A stretch of 64,000 nt of DNA from Nitrospinales bacterium (GTDB lineage Bacteria > Nitrospinota > Nitrospinia > Nitrospinales > VA-1), in NCBI GenBank assembly GCA_965223795.1, contig CBDCXL010000002.1:960001-1024000 (forward strand). The letters are read 5' to 3'. Positions 19,972 through 32,821 of this stretch are shown here, in pieces. The notes under the pieces were generated by a model that was not told where the DNA came from, did not search any database, and saw only the letters and a list, made by a program, of their open reading frames with translations. Numbering within the stretch: the stretch's first letter is position 1; every line of letters starts with the position of its first letter. A program made the position numbers and the translations under genes.

Positions 19972-20037
19972 GAACTCTCAGGTGTCTTTCAGGGACCGGT
20001 TGATCGTCGAACGCAGTTCACCGGCCTGTCCCACGGG

Positions 20038-22218
20038 CTACGGTCCGTTCAGGGTGTATGTTTTCCGGTCCTCGATCAATGTCAGGACCTGGTCCGGATC
20101 GGTTGTCGGGAATTTACAGATGCTATTCTCGCACACATAGACCGTGGTTTCTTCTTTAAGTGAGAGTTTTCCTGAAAAAATCGCAAACCGACTCTGTGCA
20201 CCATTGGGCACATATCCGAGTATCTTGTTGGGAAAAAACCCGGTTCGGATTATTTTGAGAATTTTGTTTTTTTCCGGAGAGTGGGCCGGTCCGACCACCA
20301 CGATCTCCTTGGCGCGGTCGAGGTAATAATCGAGAGCCAAAAGCATCTGCGCGTGGCCTCTTGGCGTATCGATCACCCGCGCCGCCGCCAGGGTCAGCAC
20401 GGTTGTGGCTTTTTCCTGAAAGTCTTTCTCCAGTGTGAAGCCGTGCAGCCGGATGCCGTTGAGCGCGGCGACGGCGTTGCTGTTGGGCCGGGCGCCGTCG
20501 GCGAAGGTCTTGCCGCGCACGGGCAGATGGTGGGCGTTTTTCTCGGAAAGAAAGTAGCCTCCGGCTTCCGGGTCCCAGAACAGTTCATCCTGTTTTTTCT
20601 GCAGTTTCACGGCCCATTCGAGCCAGGCCGGGTCGAAATCGGATTCGTACAGACGGATCAGCCCCTGGACGAGATAGGCGTAGTCGTCGAGCGGCGCGGG
20701 GTGCCGCGCTTCGCCGTCGCGGTAACGGCGGAGTAATTTCCCTTCGCTGTAAAGATGTTTGGCGATGAAGCGGGCGGCGTTCTGCGCCGCGGCGAGGTAG
20801 CGTGCTTCGCCCAAAACCTGATGCGCGCGCGCGAACGCATCGAGCATGAGTCCGTTCCAGGCGGTGATCACCTTGTCGTCTTTCAAGGGCGGCGGACGCT
20901 GTTTGCGGGCGGCGGTGAGCGCCGCATGCGCGGCGCGGATTTCGGGAGCGCTTTTATCTTTCCAGGCGGCGCTGTTTTTTAAATACAGAACATTCGCCCG
21001 TTTGTTCTCATCGCCGAAATTGCCCTCGCGGGTCACGCCGTAGACTTCGATGAAGCGGCGGTACTGCGCTTCATCCAGGATGGATTTGAGTTCGGCATCG
21101 GTCCAGACGTAATGACGACCTTCCTCGCCTTCGCTGTCGGCGTCCTGGGCGGAATGAAACCCGCCCTCTTCTCCGGTCAGCTCGCGCAGCACGTAATCGA
21201 GCGTGCCGCGCGCCACCGCTTCGAACAGGGGATCGCGCGTGGCCTGAAACGCCTCCAGGTAGACCGACGCCAGCAGGGCCTGGCTGTACAGCATCTTCTC
21301 GAAGTGCGGCGTGCGCCAGGCGCGGTCTATCGTGTACCGGTGAAAGCCGCCGCCAAGATGATCGTACACCGCGCCGCGCGCCATCTGCCTGAGCGTGAAG
21401 ACCACGCTTTCCAGCGGCCGGGCGTCGCCGCTGCGCAGCGCGATGCGCAGCAGCACCTGCAGGCGCAGCGCCGGGGGAAATTTGGGAGCGAGGCCGAAGC
21501 CGCCGTGCTCAGGGTCGAGTTCCCGTTCGTATTTGTGAAACACATCCTGAAACAGCGCGTCCTCGAGCGCGACGCCGCCCGCTTTGATCGCGGCGGATTT
21601 TTCGAGGAACGCCATCACGCTTTTCCCGACGGCGGCGATCTTCTGCGGTTCGTTTTCCCAGGCGGCGGCAAGATCCGTGAGCGTTGCCAGCAGCTGCTCA
21701 CGCGGCAGGTAGGTCGCGCCGAAAAAGGGTATGCGTTCGGGCGTCATGACGACGGTCATGGGCCAGCCGCCGCGGCCGGTCATGGCATTCACCACGCTCA
21801 TGTACATCTGATCCACATCCGGCAGTTCCTCGCGGTCCACCTTGATGCAGATGAAGGCATCGTTGAGCCGCTGCGCCACTTGCGGATCGTCGAACGACTC
21901 GTTCTCCATGACGTGGCACCAGTGGCAGGTGGAATAGCCGATGCTCAAAAAGATCGGCTTGTTCTCGCGGCGGGCGGTCTCGAACGCCAGCGGCCCCCAG
22001 GGAAACCAGTGAATGGGATTTTCGGCGTGCTGCAGCAGGTAGGGGCTTTTCTCATGCACCAGCCGGTTGTAGCGGCGCACGGAATCGGCTTTGTGATGCG
22101 GCGCGGCAAGACCGTCCTTGCCGGCATGGACGGGGTCGGCGCTGAAAAAAACGAGGGCGAGCAGCGCGATCCCGGCCGCGACGGCGGAAAAAGCGGAAAT
22201 GCGTTTGTCGAGTTTCAT
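20038..22218 (-). CDS. Thioredoxin-domain protein (DUF255/YyaL family) with signal peptide
   Basis: [36 protein letters not shown] and [12 protein letters not shown] motifs; ATG at 22218. Confidence 0.9.
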   Translation of the reverse strand: MKLDKRISAFSAVAAGIALLALVFFSADPVHAGKDGLAAPHHKADSVRRYNRLVHEKSPYLLQHAENPIHWFPWGPLAFETARRENKPIFLSIGYSTCHWCHVMENESFDDPQVAQRLNDAFICIKVDREELPDVDQMYMSVVNAMTGRGGWPMTVVMTPERIPFFGATYLPREQLLATLTDLAAAWENEPQKIAAVGKSVMAFLEKSAAIKAGGVALEDALFQDVFHKYERELDPEHGGFGLAPKFPPALRLQVLLRIALRSGDARPLESVVFTLRQMARGAVYDHLGGGFHRYTIDRAWRTPHFEKMLYSQALLASVYLEAFQATRDPLFEAVARGTLDYVLRELTGEEGGFHSAQDADSEGEEGRHYVWTDAELKSILDEAQYRRFIEVYGVTREGNFGDENKRANVLYLKNSAAWKDKSAPEIRAAHAALTAARKQRPPPLKDDKVITAWNGLMLDAFARAHQVLGEARYLAAAQNAARFIAKHLYSEGKLLRRYRDGEARHPAPLDDYAYLVQGLIRLYESDFDPAWLEWAVKLQKKQDELFWDPEAGGYFLSEKNAHHLPVRGKTFADGARPNSNAVAALNGIRLHGFTLEKDFQEKATTVLTLAAARVIDTPRGHAQMLLALDYYLDRAKEIVVVGPAHSPEKNKILKIIRTGFFPNKILGYVPNGAQSRFAIFSGKLSLKEETTVYVCENSICKFPTTDPDQVLTLIEDRKTYTLNGP

Positions 22219-22283
22219 GGGTCCTGCCCTTCGATCGGCGCACGGTGTGCGGCGCGCAACACATTCTAGCCCGAACAGGCTTG

Positions 22284-22722
22284 CTATAGATGCTCGATGA
22301 TCAGCCTGCCGGAACGCAGGGATTTCAGCTTTTCCGCGATCGGGGTGCGATGGCAATGGCTGTGGTCTTTTTCCAGGCACAACAGCACCGCACCGCCGGG
22401 TTCGATCCACTCAGACACCCGGCGCACCGCGTCCTCCTGCCCGGCGAGATGCCGCGCATAATGATCCAGAAACGCCGCGTAATCCTTGCGGTCGTGGAAG
22501 CGGCGGCGGATTTCGGGCGGAGCTCCCAATTCCTTGACGTTGACGTATTCTATCTTTTTTTCCGCCAGCGCCGCAGCCAGAATATTTTTGGAAAATCCCT
22601 TTTTGCGGCTGATCGGGCGTTCGCGCACATCGACGACGAGGCGGATGCCTGCTTTTTTCAGGTCGCGGACAAAGGTTTCGATGTCATGGCCTTCGTAGCC
22701 GATCGTGTGCAGCACGGGCTTT

Positions 22723-22736
<14 letters not shown>
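22284..22736 (-). CDS. DUF488 family protein
   Basis: [22 protein letters not shown] and LLCLEKD..CHR motifs. Confidence 0.85.
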
Positions 22737-24687
<1,951 letters not shown>

Positions 24688-24743
24688 GCGGGCAGGATAG
24701 CAGAACCGGGCGGCGGGTTACGCATTTTTCACGGCGGACCGGC

Positions 24744-25727
24744 TCACGTCCGGTGCTCCCTGAGCTTGGGATTGAAGGCCTCGCGCAGGCCCTCGCCGCA
24801 CAGGTTGAACGCCAGCACGACGCCGAAGATGGTGAAACCGGGGATGAAGGTGAGCCAGGGCGCGTCGAAGATGAACTGGCGGCCGTCGGCGAGGATGTTG
24901 CCCCAGGTGGCGTCCGGCGGCTGCACGCCGAAGCCGAGGAAGCTCAGGGCCGACTCGGTGAGGATGGCGGTGGCGACGCCGATGGTGGCGGACACGAGCA
25001 CCGGCGCGATGGCGTTGGGCACCATGTGGATGAAGATGATGCGCCATTCGGGAATGGCCTGACTGCGCGCCGCGGCGACGAAGTCCTGCTCGCGCAGGGA
25101 CAGAAACTCCGCGCGCACGAAGCGCGCCGTGCCCATCCAGCTGGTGAGTCCGATCACGATCATGATGTTGTAGATGCTGGGCGGCAGCAGCGCCACCACG
25201 GTGAGGATGAGAAAGAACGCCGGGAAGCACAGCATGATGTCGACGAAACGCATGATGAGGGTGTCGACGGTGATGAACCCGAGTTTCACGCGGCCGTAAA
25301 ACCCGGCGAGCCCGCCGAGGATCACGCCCACGGTCACCATGATGCCGACGGCGACGAAGCCGACGGTGAGCGATACGGACGTGCCTTCGAGCATGCGCGC
25401 GAACACGTCGCGGCCCAGCTCGTCGGTGCCCATGAGGTAGATGCCGAACACGGGCGCGTCCTGCTCGGGCACGAGACCGCCGGTGAATTTCGACAGCGGC
25501 GGCTTGAATTTCTCGGACAGGCGCACGGTGTGCGGATCGAACACGGTGACGGTGCGGGTCAGTACCTTGCCCACGACCGCGAGCGCGAGAAAGCCGATGA
25601 GAAACCAGAAACTCGTGTAGGCGATGCGGTTGCGCTTGAATATCTGCCAGCGTTCCTGAAACAGGCTCATCTGCGGTTTCAGGGCATCGGCTTCGAGGCT
25701 GCGGGCTTCGCTGTTCACGGTCGTCAC
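24744..25727 (-). CDS. Peptide/nickel ABC permease (OppC/DppC-like)
   Basis: GTDELGRD, EAA-like loop, ESALSFLGFG. Confidence 0.9.
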   Translation of the reverse strand: MTTVNSEARSLEADALKPQMSLFQERWQIFKRNRIAYTSFWFLIGFLALAVVGKVLTRTVTVFDPHTVRLSEKFKPPLSKFTGGLVPEQDAPVFGIYLMGTDELGRDVFARMLEGTSVSLTVGFVAVGIMVTVGVILGGLAGFYGRVKLGFITVDTLIMRFVDIMLCFPAFFLILTVVALLPPSIYNIMIVIGLTSWMGTARFVRAEFLSLREQDFVAAARSQAIPEWRIIFIHMVPNAIAPVLVSATIGVATAILTESALSFLGFGVQPPDATWGNILADGRQFIFDAPWLTFIPGFTIFGVVLAFNLCGEGLREAFNPKLREHRT

Positions 25728-25728
25728 C

Positions 25729-26688
25729 TCACAGTTTGATGCGCGGGTCCGCGACGGCGTACAACACGTCGGAGATCAGCGTGCCCACCAGAACGAGGAT
25801 GGCGGCGATGAAGTTGAGCGTCAGGATGACCGGGAAATCCCGCGCCAGGATCGCCTCGTAGCCGAGCTTGCCGAGACCGGGCCAGGCGAAGATGGTCTCG
25901 AAAATCACCGAGCCGCCGATGAGGCTGGGGATGGTGAGCCCGAACAGGGTGATGAAGGTGAGCAGCGCGTTTCTCAGTCCGTGCTTGTAGATCACCACGT
26001 CGTGCGACAGGCCCTTGGCGCGGGCGGTGCGCATGTAATCCTGGTTGATGACCTCGAGCATCTGCGAGCGCACGTAGCGGGACAGCACGGCGGTGCCGGC
26101 GACGGCGGACATGATGGCCGGGATGGTGAGGTGCCACAGCCGGTCCATCGCTTGCATCACCAGCGCGGAATTTTCCAGGCCGATGGTGCGCATGCCGATC
26201 ACGGGCACGTCGAAGGTCTGCACCATGTAGATGATGACGATGTAGGAAAGAAAAAATCCGGGAATGGAAATCAGCGCGTAGGACAACAGCGTGCCTGTGT
26301 GATCGAGGATCGAACCGCGATGCACCGCGCCCTGGATGCCGACGGGAAAGGCCAGCAGCCAGGTGATGAGCGTGCCGAGAACAAACAGCGGCAGGGAATT
26401 GAGAAAGCGGTCCCAGATTTTTTCCAGCACGGGCTGGCCGTCCTTGAAGGATTTGAGCTCGCCGGTGAACAGGTCGCGCATCCAGTACAGGTACTGCACG
26501 GTGAGCGGTTCGTCGAGGTGGAATGCGGTGCGGATGCGCTGGATGTCCTCGGGCTTGAGCATGGGGTTGGACGGATCGACGAGGCTCGGTTCGCCCGGCG
26601 CCAGGTGCACGATGGTGTGGGAGATGATCGAGATGAAGAACAGCAGGATGATCTTCTGCCCGATGTTTCTGAGGATGAAATTGGTCAT
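25729..26688 (-). CDS. Peptide/nickel ABC permease (OppB/DppB-like)
   Basis: DYMRTARAKGL, ETIFAWPGLG and DPRI motifs. Confidence 0.9.
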   Translation of the reverse strand: MTNFILRNIGQKIILLFFISIISHTIVHLAPGEPSLVDPSNPMLKPEDIQRIRTAFHLDEPLTVQYLYWMRDLFTGELKSFKDGQPVLEKIWDRFLNSLPLFVLGTLITWLLAFPVGIQGAVHRGSILDHTGTLLSYALISIPGFFLSYIVIIYMVQTFDVPVIGMRTIGLENSALVMQAMDRLWHLTIPAIMSAVAGTAVLSRYVRSQMLEVINQDYMRTARAKGLSHDVVIYKHGLRNALLTFITLFGLTIPSLIGGSVIFETIFAWPGLGKLGYEAILARDFPVILTLNFIAAILVLVGTLISDVLYAVADPRIKL

Positions 26689-26744
26689 CGCATTGGCTCA
26701 CCCTTTGACAGAGTGTGCCCTCGTACACGGAGCGAAATTTTAAG

Positions 26745-26773
26745 TGTCACCCTTCGACAGGCTCAGGGTGACA
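26745..26773. repeat. REP-like intergenic hairpin
   Basis: TGTCACCC-ttcgacaggctca-GGGTGACA, 8-bp perfect stem. Confidence 0.55.
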
Positions 26774-26817
26774 GAAATGATTCTTCGCTTGCCCGTTTGA
26801 ACTTACCTGTCCCTTCC

Positions 26818-26847
26818 TTGCAACCCGGCGCGTATCTTCGCTATACT
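26818..26847 (+). promoter_or_regulatory. Putative sigma70 promoter for the Nif3-like gene
   Basis: TTGCAA-18 bp-TATACT. Confidence 0.5.
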
Positions 26848-26928
26848 CCTTGCGGGTTTGCGCGCTTTTAAACTCACGCGCAGGCGAATTCAAAACCATA
26901 CACCCGGCTGCCAACCAGCTTTTATCAT

Positions 26929-27678
26929 ATGGACATTTTACAACTCAGTCACTATCTGGACAATCTGCTGGACATCCGCGCCATCAAGGATGCGCCCAAC
27001 GCCGTGAACGGCCTGCAGGTGCAGAACGCCGGCGAGATTCAAAAGGTCGGCCTGGCGGTGGATGTGTGTGCGGCCACGATCGCCCTGGCCGCCGAAAAGA
27101 AGTGTAACATGCTCTTTGTGCACCACGGACTATTTTGGGGCGGGCTGCAGCCGATCCGGGGAACCTATTACGAAAAACTGGCGGCGCTGATTCAGGCCAA
27201 CCTGGGGCTGTACGCAGCGCACATCCCGCTCGACATGCACCCGGTTTTGGGCAACAACAAAACGCTGGCCGACGCGATCGGCCTCTCGAAACTCAAGCCG
27301 TTCGGCGAATACGAAGGCCAGAAGATCGGGCTGAAGGGCGAGATCGACCCGCAGAGCGCCGAGGCGCTGGGGAAAAAGCTGGAAAAAAGACTGGGCTCGC
27401 CGGTGCGCGTCATCGGTCACCGCGAGGTGCGCACGGTGGGGCTGGTGACCGGCGGCGCGGCGGACATCTTAAGGCAGGCGCAGCGCGAACCGCTGGACTG
27501 CTACATCACCGGCGAGGGCTCCAACCATCATTTCCACGAGGCGATGGAGGGCGACTGCGTCCTCATGCTGGCCGGGCACTACGCCACCGAGACCGGCGGC
27601 GTGCGCGCGGTGGGCCGTCACCTGGAAGAAAAGTTCAACCTGGAGACGGCCTTTCTCGATTACCCGACGGGCCTGTGA
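26929..27678 (+). CDS. Nif3-like dinuclear metal-center protein (YbgI family)
   Basis: NGLQV, VHHGLFW, HIPLDMHP..GNN, YITGE and AGHYATE motifs. Confidence 0.92.
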   Translation: MDILQLSHYLDNLLDIRAIKDAPNAVNGLQVQNAGEIQKVGLAVDVCAATIALAAEKKCNMLFVHHGLFWGGLQPIRGTYYEKLAALIQANLGLYAAHIPLDMHPVLGNNKTLADAIGLSKLKPFGEYEGQKIGLKGEIDPQSAEALGKKLEKRLGSPVRVIGHREVRTVGLVTGGAADILRQAQREPLDCYITGEGSNHHFHEAMEGDCVLMLAGHYATETGGVRAVGRHLEEKFNLETAFLDYPTGL

Positions 27679-27684
27679 CGCGCG

Positions 27685-28101
27685 TCAGTGCCCGATCTCG
27701 ATGTTGGTGACGGAATGTTCCCACTTGTCAAAGGCGTTGCTCGCGCCGAACAGCAACGGGTAGACGTGGTCCGCGGTGTGGTACACAACGCAGTTGTCGT
27801 GCCCTTCGTGCCAGCCCAGCCGGTAATCGGACTGCGAGGCGTACTGGCTCTCGTCCTTGATGAATCCGTAGCGGGGATTGTTGGCGTCCGCGTGGCCGCT
27901 GTCGCAGCCGTCGCGGAAGCCGCGCTTGAACTCGACGGATTTGCTGGCGCTGACTTTGCGGCTGACTTCTTCGAGCGTGGTGGCTTTAGGCCCGCGCTCG
28001 AACAGGGGAGATCCGGCGTAAAAAGGTTCGTAGGTGGTGCAGCCGGAAACGGCGACGGCAAGGCACAGGAAGGCCCACCGCCAAGAGGATGCATTGAACA
28101 T
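27685..28101 (-). CDS. Hypothetical lipoprotein
   Basis: SD AAGGAG; lipobox VSGC; GFRDGC...YRLGW..G..NC. Confidence 0.65.
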   Translation of the reverse strand: MFNASSWRWAFLCLAVAVSGCTTYEPFYAGSPLFERGPKATTLEEVSRKVSASKSVEFKRGFRDGCDSGHADANNPRYGFIKDESQYASQSDYRLGWHEGHDNCVVYHTADHVYPLLFGASNAFDKWEHSVTNIEIGH

Positions 28102-28184
28102 GGTTCACTCCTTCAACCTGCGGAAGCGCCCCGTTTGCGTGCGGTCCGCTCCCTATCCTCCTGCGCTGCCCCGGCCCCCCAGGG

Positions 28185-29009
28185 TTAAAACGAAAATCGG
28201 TATTTCTGAAACAGCTCCGGCGTGACCACGGTGGCCCCTTCCTTGCGCACTTCCTGCTCGATGCGCTTGATCGCCATGTCGCGGATGAAGGGGATGGGGA
28301 TGCGCATGACTTTTTTCAGCGCTTCCTCCTGCCATTCCAGGCCCAGTTCGGGCGGCTTTTCCTTTTCTTTTTCGATCTGCTCGTCGCGCTTCAGATCCTC
28401 TTCGGTGACTTCCATGCCCATCGCTTCCTTGGCGGAGGCGGGCATGATGTTGGTGAACACCTCCTCGATGATTCCGGGGTTCACCATCTTGTCGCCGCGT
28501 TCGCGGGCGCGCGCCTCGATGGTCTGCTTGGCCATGCCGAGCACGAAGGGCGGCACCTTCTCCATTTTCGCGAGCGCTTCCTTGCTCCAGGGCATGCCGG
28601 AAGTGGGCGCGACGTCCATGTAGTTTTTGAATTTGTCGATGATGTCGTCTTTCTTCTCGGTGCGCAGCGCGAGAAAGTCCTGGATCTCTTCGATCACTTC
28701 GACCTTGCGCGGACTTTCTTTCATCTTCTCTTTCGCTTCCTCGAACGCGCCCATCGACAGCTCTTCGAAACCGAACTGTTTGACGCGCTTGGAGACCAGC
28801 ATCATCGATTCGTTTCTGATTTCCGTCAGAAAGTCGGACTTGATGAATTTGTAACCGCGCTTGACGGCGCGCTGCACCATGAGCTTCTTGATGCCGGGAC
28901 GCACGAATTCGGGAGCGTGCTTGATCCGGTCCCAGGCTTCCTGGGTCCAGACGACGCCGTTCTCGTCGGCGTAAGGATGTTCGATGCCCTCAATCTGCAA
29001 GCTTTTCAT
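28185..29009 (-). CDS. Protein with three PCP_red-like repeats
   Basis: Three WxxEA..(R/K)..xP.F(V/I)...K..E..A...G repeats; ATG 29009 preferred because the TTG at 29060 overlaps the predicted -10. Confidence 0.8.
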   Translation of the reverse strand: MKSLQIEGIEHPYADENGVVWTQEAWDRIKHAPEFVRPGIKKLMVQRAVKRGYKFIKSDFLTEIRNESMMLVSKRVKQFGFEELSMGAFEEAKEKMKESPRKVEVIEEIQDFLALRTEKKDDIIDKFKNYMDVAPTSGMPWSKEALAKMEKVPPFVLGMAKQTIEARARERGDKMVNPGIIEEVFTNIMPASAKEAMGMEVTEEDLKRDEQIEKEKEKPPELGLEWQEEALKKVMRIPIPFIRDMAIKRIEQEVRKEGATVVTPELFQKYRFSF

Positions 29010-29059
29010 GGGTTTCGACGGAGCCGGGACCCCGTTTGTCTGTTGGATTTTTCCCTTCA

Positions 29060-29088
29060 AACCTACTGGATGCGGCTGGGGTTGTCAA
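29060..29088 (-). promoter_or_regulatory. Putative sigma70 promoter for the PCP_red-repeat gene
   Basis: Minus strand TTGACA-17 bp-TAGGTT. Confidence 0.6.
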
Positions 29089-29129
29089 TCCTTTTGCAGG
29101 GTTTTAAAAGCCGCCCGCATGTTGTATAA

Positions 29130-32100
29130 ATGTTTAAAATGAAACGACCCCCAATCATTTATTTCCTGTTTTTCCTGTCGGGAATCACGGCGCTGGTCTA
29201 CGAGATCGTCTGGACGCGCATGTTGACACTGGTTTTCGGGCACACGGTGTTCTCCGTCTCGGTGGTGCTGGCGGCGTTCATGGCGGGCCTGGGAACCGGC
29301 AGCTATCTGTTCGGGCACGCGATCGACACGCTTTCGGCACGGCGGGGCGCGGCGCCGGGCAGCACGGCGCAAACGGCGGAAAATGAATCCGGACCGGCGC
29401 CAGTGTCGCTTCTGGTATATGGGTGGATCGAAATCGGTGTGTTTGTGCTGTGCGCGCTGCTTTCGCTGTTACTGGCGAATTTTTCCGCGTTTTACTCGTG
29501 GATCCATATCTGGCTTCCGGAATCGGCGGCCGTTCAGAACGCGGTGAAGGCGATTCTGGCGTTTGCGTTCATTTTCGTGCCGACCACGCTGATGGGCGCG
29601 ACGCTCCCCATCATCACCAAATACTATGTGACGGACAATTCCAGGTTGGGCACGCAGGTGGGGATTCTCTACGGCATCAACACGCTGGGCGCGGCGCTGG
29701 GCTGCCTGCTCACGGGGTTCATGCTGATCAGCCTGCTGGGCGTGCTGCAGACGGTGCTGCTGACGGCCTGCGTGAACCTGTTCATCGGCATCAGCGCGAT
29801 CCGCGTTTACCAGGACACGGGCGGCACGGAATTGAGGCCGTCCTTTTCCGGCTTCAGCCTGCCGCGATTCGATTTCAGCCGCGAGCAGAAAACCTGGATG
29901 GCGATCAGCTTTCTGTGCGGGTTTTCGGCGCTGGCTTACGAGGTGGTGTGGACGCGGCTTCTGGTGTTCAGCATTTCCAGCACGGTGTACTCGTTCAGCA
30001 TGATGCTGGCGGTGTTTCTTCTGGGGATCGTGCTGGGCAGCGTGCTCGCGGTGCCGGTGATCCGCAAGGTGAGGGAGCTGCGCTCGGCGCTCATCGTGCT
30101 GCAGGCCGGGGCCGGGCTGTTCGTGATCGGCTCGCTGTTCAACATGAACGCGCTGCTGTCGCCGCCGTGGAACAGCTACCGCCTGACCGACGCTGCCTAC
30201 ACGCTGCTGCAGTATTTCAAGGATTCCTCCAGCCTGATGCTGATCCCGACGATCCTGCTCGGCATGAGTTTTCCCATCCTCATCAAGCTGGTTTCGGGCG
30301 GCCACGAGCACGTCGGCCGGGGCACCGGCCAGATCTACGCGTCGAACACGCTGGGAGCCATTCTGGGATCGCTGATGATGGGATTTTTGATCCTGCCCGG
30401 CCTCGGCAGCCAGATCAGCCTGATGTTGATCGCCGCACTCAACCTGACCGCGGCGCTGGTGCTGTTCGTCACCGGCCCCTATCTGAGCGCCGGCGCGCGC
30501 AAAGGCATGACGGCGGCGGGAATGGCGGTGGTGCTGTTTCTGTTCATCGCCACGCCCAAGGACCTTCTGAATTCGTTTTTCATGCGCGACAGCGCCGGCA
30601 AGCGCAATCTGACCAAGCTCATGTACTTCGAGGAAGGGCTGACGGACACGGTCGCCGTGTTCAAGGACGAATACGGCCTGATCGACCCGGAGGCGAAACG
30701 GCTGATCACCAACGGCATCTCCATGTCGGCTTCGAACGTCGTCGCCTCGCGTTACATGAAACTGTTCGCGCACGTTCCCATCCTGCTGGTCGATTCTCCC
30801 GACGACGTGCTGGTGGTGTGCTTCGGCACCGGCCAGACCACGGGCGCGGCGGGCATCCATCCCGACGTCAAGACGGTGGACAGCCTGGAGCTTTCCGCAA
30901 GCGTGATCCGCGCGGGCACCGTGTTCGCGAAAGAGAACCACGACGTGCTCAACAACCCGAAGGTGAACATCGTGCTGCAGGACGGGCGCAACCACCTTTT
31001 GACCACGAAAAAGCGCTACGACGTCATCACCTCCGAACCGCCGCCGCCGCGGACGGCGTTCACGGTCAACCTGTACACGCAGGAATATTACGAGCTGGCG
31101 AAACAGCGCCTCAAGCCGGGCGGCATCGTGGCGCAGTGGATTCCGCTGCACAGCCAGGGGGACAGGGAAGTGGCGATGCACTTTAAAACCTTCCTGTCGG
31201 TGTTTCCGCATGCGGTGGCGTGGATGTCGGTGGCGAACGAAATCCTCATCATCGGCTCGGACCGGCCGATCCGGTTCGACCTGGAACGTCTCAGGCAACG
31301 CATGCAGGTCCCCGTCGTGAAACAGGCGCTCGAGGAAATCGAAATCCACGGCGCGCTGTCGCTGCTCGGCAACGTGTGGCTGCTGGAAGAGCAGATGCAG
31401 GCGCTGGCCGCCGGGCATCCCGTCATCACCGACAACCGGCCGCACATCGAATTCTATCTCGACCTGGGCGAGGCGATCGGCATCGACGGACGCGAACGCT
31501 ACGTGTTCAACCGGGTGCCGTTCGCGGATCTCGCGGCCCGCATCACGCCCTTGAGCCACGCCGACCGCAAGCGCCTGCAGGAGCAGTACCGGATGATGGA
31601 CCTGTACCAGCGCGGGGTTATGTACGGCAACCGCGGCCAGCTTCTCAAGGCCATGCAACTGGCGCAGGAAAACAGCCTGATCCGCTACCACCTGCAGGCG
31701 GGCGAAACCCAGGTGGCGCGGCTGATCGAGGAGATCGAGGCGGACCCGGAAAACACCGAAGCGTTGATGAACCTGGGGCACACTTATTACCAGGTCGGCG
31801 AACACGAAAAAAGCATCGCCATCTTCGACCGCGTTCTGGAAAAGCAGCCCGGCCACCTGTACGCGACCTTGTACAAGGCCCAGAGCCTGTTAGAGCAGGG
31901 CAAAGGCGCGGAGGCCAAGCGGTATTTTGAAGCGGTGGCGAAAAAGGACCCGCGTCAGATCCGCGCCGTCATGCGCGACATCGGCCTCATCGAACTGTTG
32001 AAAAAACTCGACGAAAATCCGGGAAACCCGGGCCTTCTGGTTTCCACGGCGCAGTACTACAACATGAAGAAAGAATATTTGAAGGCGCTGGATCATTCCC

Positions 32101-32393
32101 TCAAGGCGCTTGAGAAAGACCCGCTCAATGTGCAGACGCTGCAGAGCATCGTGTTCAGCTATCGCGGCCTGGGCGAGGCGAGCGAGGTGCTCGATTACGC
32201 CCGCCGCTACCGCATGGTGGAAAAGGAGGACATCCACCTGGAATTCATCCTGGGCGAGATCCACGCCAAGACCTTAAACTGCGAAAAAGCCGTTCCCCAC
32301 CTGGAAAACGTGCTGAAACGCGACGACCGCTACCCGAACGCGCGCAAGCTTTTGAGGGACTGCCGGGCCACCGACCGGACGCCCGAGGCGTGA
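29130..32393 (+). CDS. Fused MFS-like/spermidine synthase-like protein with C-terminal TPRs
   Basis: SGITALVYEIVWTR repeats, YGINTLGA, VCFGTGQT, DGRNHL and YDVITSEPP motifs; TPR-like tail. Confidence 0.88.
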   Translation: MFKMKRPPIIYFLFFLSGITALVYEIVWTRMLTLVFGHTVFSVSVVLAAFMAGLGTGSYLFGHAIDTLSARRGAAPGSTAQTAENESGPAPVSLLVYGWIEIGVFVLCALLSLLLANFSAFYSWIHIWLPESAAVQNAVKAILAFAFIFVPTTLMGATLPIITKYYVTDNSRLGTQVGILYGINTLGAALGCLLTGFMLISLLGVLQTVLLTACVNLFIGISAIRVYQDTGGTELRPSFSGFSLPRFDFSREQKTWMAISFLCGFSALAYEVVWTRLLVFSISSTVYSFSMMLAVFLLGIVLGSVLAVPVIRKVRELRSALIVLQAGAGLFVIGSLFNMNALLSPPWNSYRLTDAAYTLLQYFKDSSSLMLIPTILLGMSFPILIKLVSGGHEHVGRGTGQIYASNTLGAILGSLMMGFLILPGLGSQISLMLIAALNLTAALVLFVTGPYLSAGARKGMTAAGMAVVLFLFIATPKDLLNSFFMRDSAGKRNLTKLMYFEEGLTDTVAVFKDEYGLIDPEAKRLITNGISMSASNVVASRYMKLFAHVPILLVDSPDDVLVVCFGTGQTTGAAGIHPDVKTVDSLELSASVIRAGTVFAKENHDVLNNPKVNIVLQDGRNHLLTTKKRYDVITSEPPPPRTAFTVNLYTQEYYELAKQRLKPGGIVAQWIPLHSQGDREVAMHFKTFLSVFPHAVAWMSVANEILIIGSDRPIRFDLERLRQRMQVPVVKQALEEIEIHGALSLLGNVWLLEEQMQALAAGHPVITDNRPHIEFYLDLGEAIGIDGRERYVFNRVPFADLAARITPLSHADRKRLQEQYRMMDLYQRGVMYGNRGQLLKAMQLAQENSLIRYHLQAGETQVARLIEEIEADPENTEALMNLGHTYYQVGEHEKSIAIFDRVLEKQPGHLYATLYKAQSLLEQGKGAEAKRYFEAVAKKDPRQIRAVMRDIGLIELLKKLDENPGNPGLLVSTAQYYNMKKEYLKALDHSLKALEKDPLNVQTLQSIVFSYRGLGEASEVLDYARRYRMVEKEDIHLEFILGEIHAKTLNCEKAVPHLENVLKRDDRYPNARKLLRDCRATDRTPEA

Positions 32394-32481
32394 GACGATC
32401 GACCCACCCGGCGCCGCGCCCGCCGTTTCCCCCCGGCACAAACTGAGAATAACGGGCTAAAATCGGGGCAGGCGTCCTTAC

Positions 32482-32510
32482 TTGAATAATTTGCGCGGCT
32501 ATGGTAGGTT
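32482..32510 (+). promoter_or_regulatory. Putative sigma70 promoter for the cold-shock gene
   Basis: TTGAAT-17 bp-TAGGTT with extended TG. Confidence 0.5.
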
Positions 32511-32542
32511 TCGGTATCAAATCATAAGGAGGAGAAGGTGCT

Positions 32543-32743
32543 ATGCCCGCAGGCAAGGTAAAGTGGTTCAACGATCAGAAAGGATACGGGTTTATCGTGT
32601 CCGACGAGGGCGAAGAAGTGTTTGTCCATTTTTCCGCGATTCAGGGCGAAGGCTTCAAGACTTTGAAAGAGGGACAGGAGGTGGAGTTCGAGAAGAGCCA
32701 GGGTCCGAAGGGGCCGCAGGCGGCAAACGTGATCCCGAAATAA
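32543..32743 (+). CDS. csp: Cold-shock protein
   Basis: GKVKWFN, KGYGFI (RNP1), VFVHFSAI (RNP2); SD AGGAG. Confidence 0.96.
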   Translation: MPAGKVKWFNDQKGYGFIVSDEGEEVFVHFSAIQGEGFKTLKEGQEVEFEKSQGPKGPQAANVIPK

Positions 32744-32763
32744 TCGACACCCTTTTTTCCCGG

Positions 32764-32794
32764 CCGGCAGTGATTTCCTCTGCCGGTTTTTTTT
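32764..32794 (+). terminator. Rho-independent terminator after csp
   Basis: CCGGCAG...CTGCCGG followed by T8. Confidence 0.75.
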
Positions 32795-32821
32795 GTCCCG
32801 AATCCCGTGAGGATCGATTGA

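Noticed and set aside
29469..31856. 795-aa minus-strand ORF
   Set aside because: Antisense shadow of the spermidine synthase fusion
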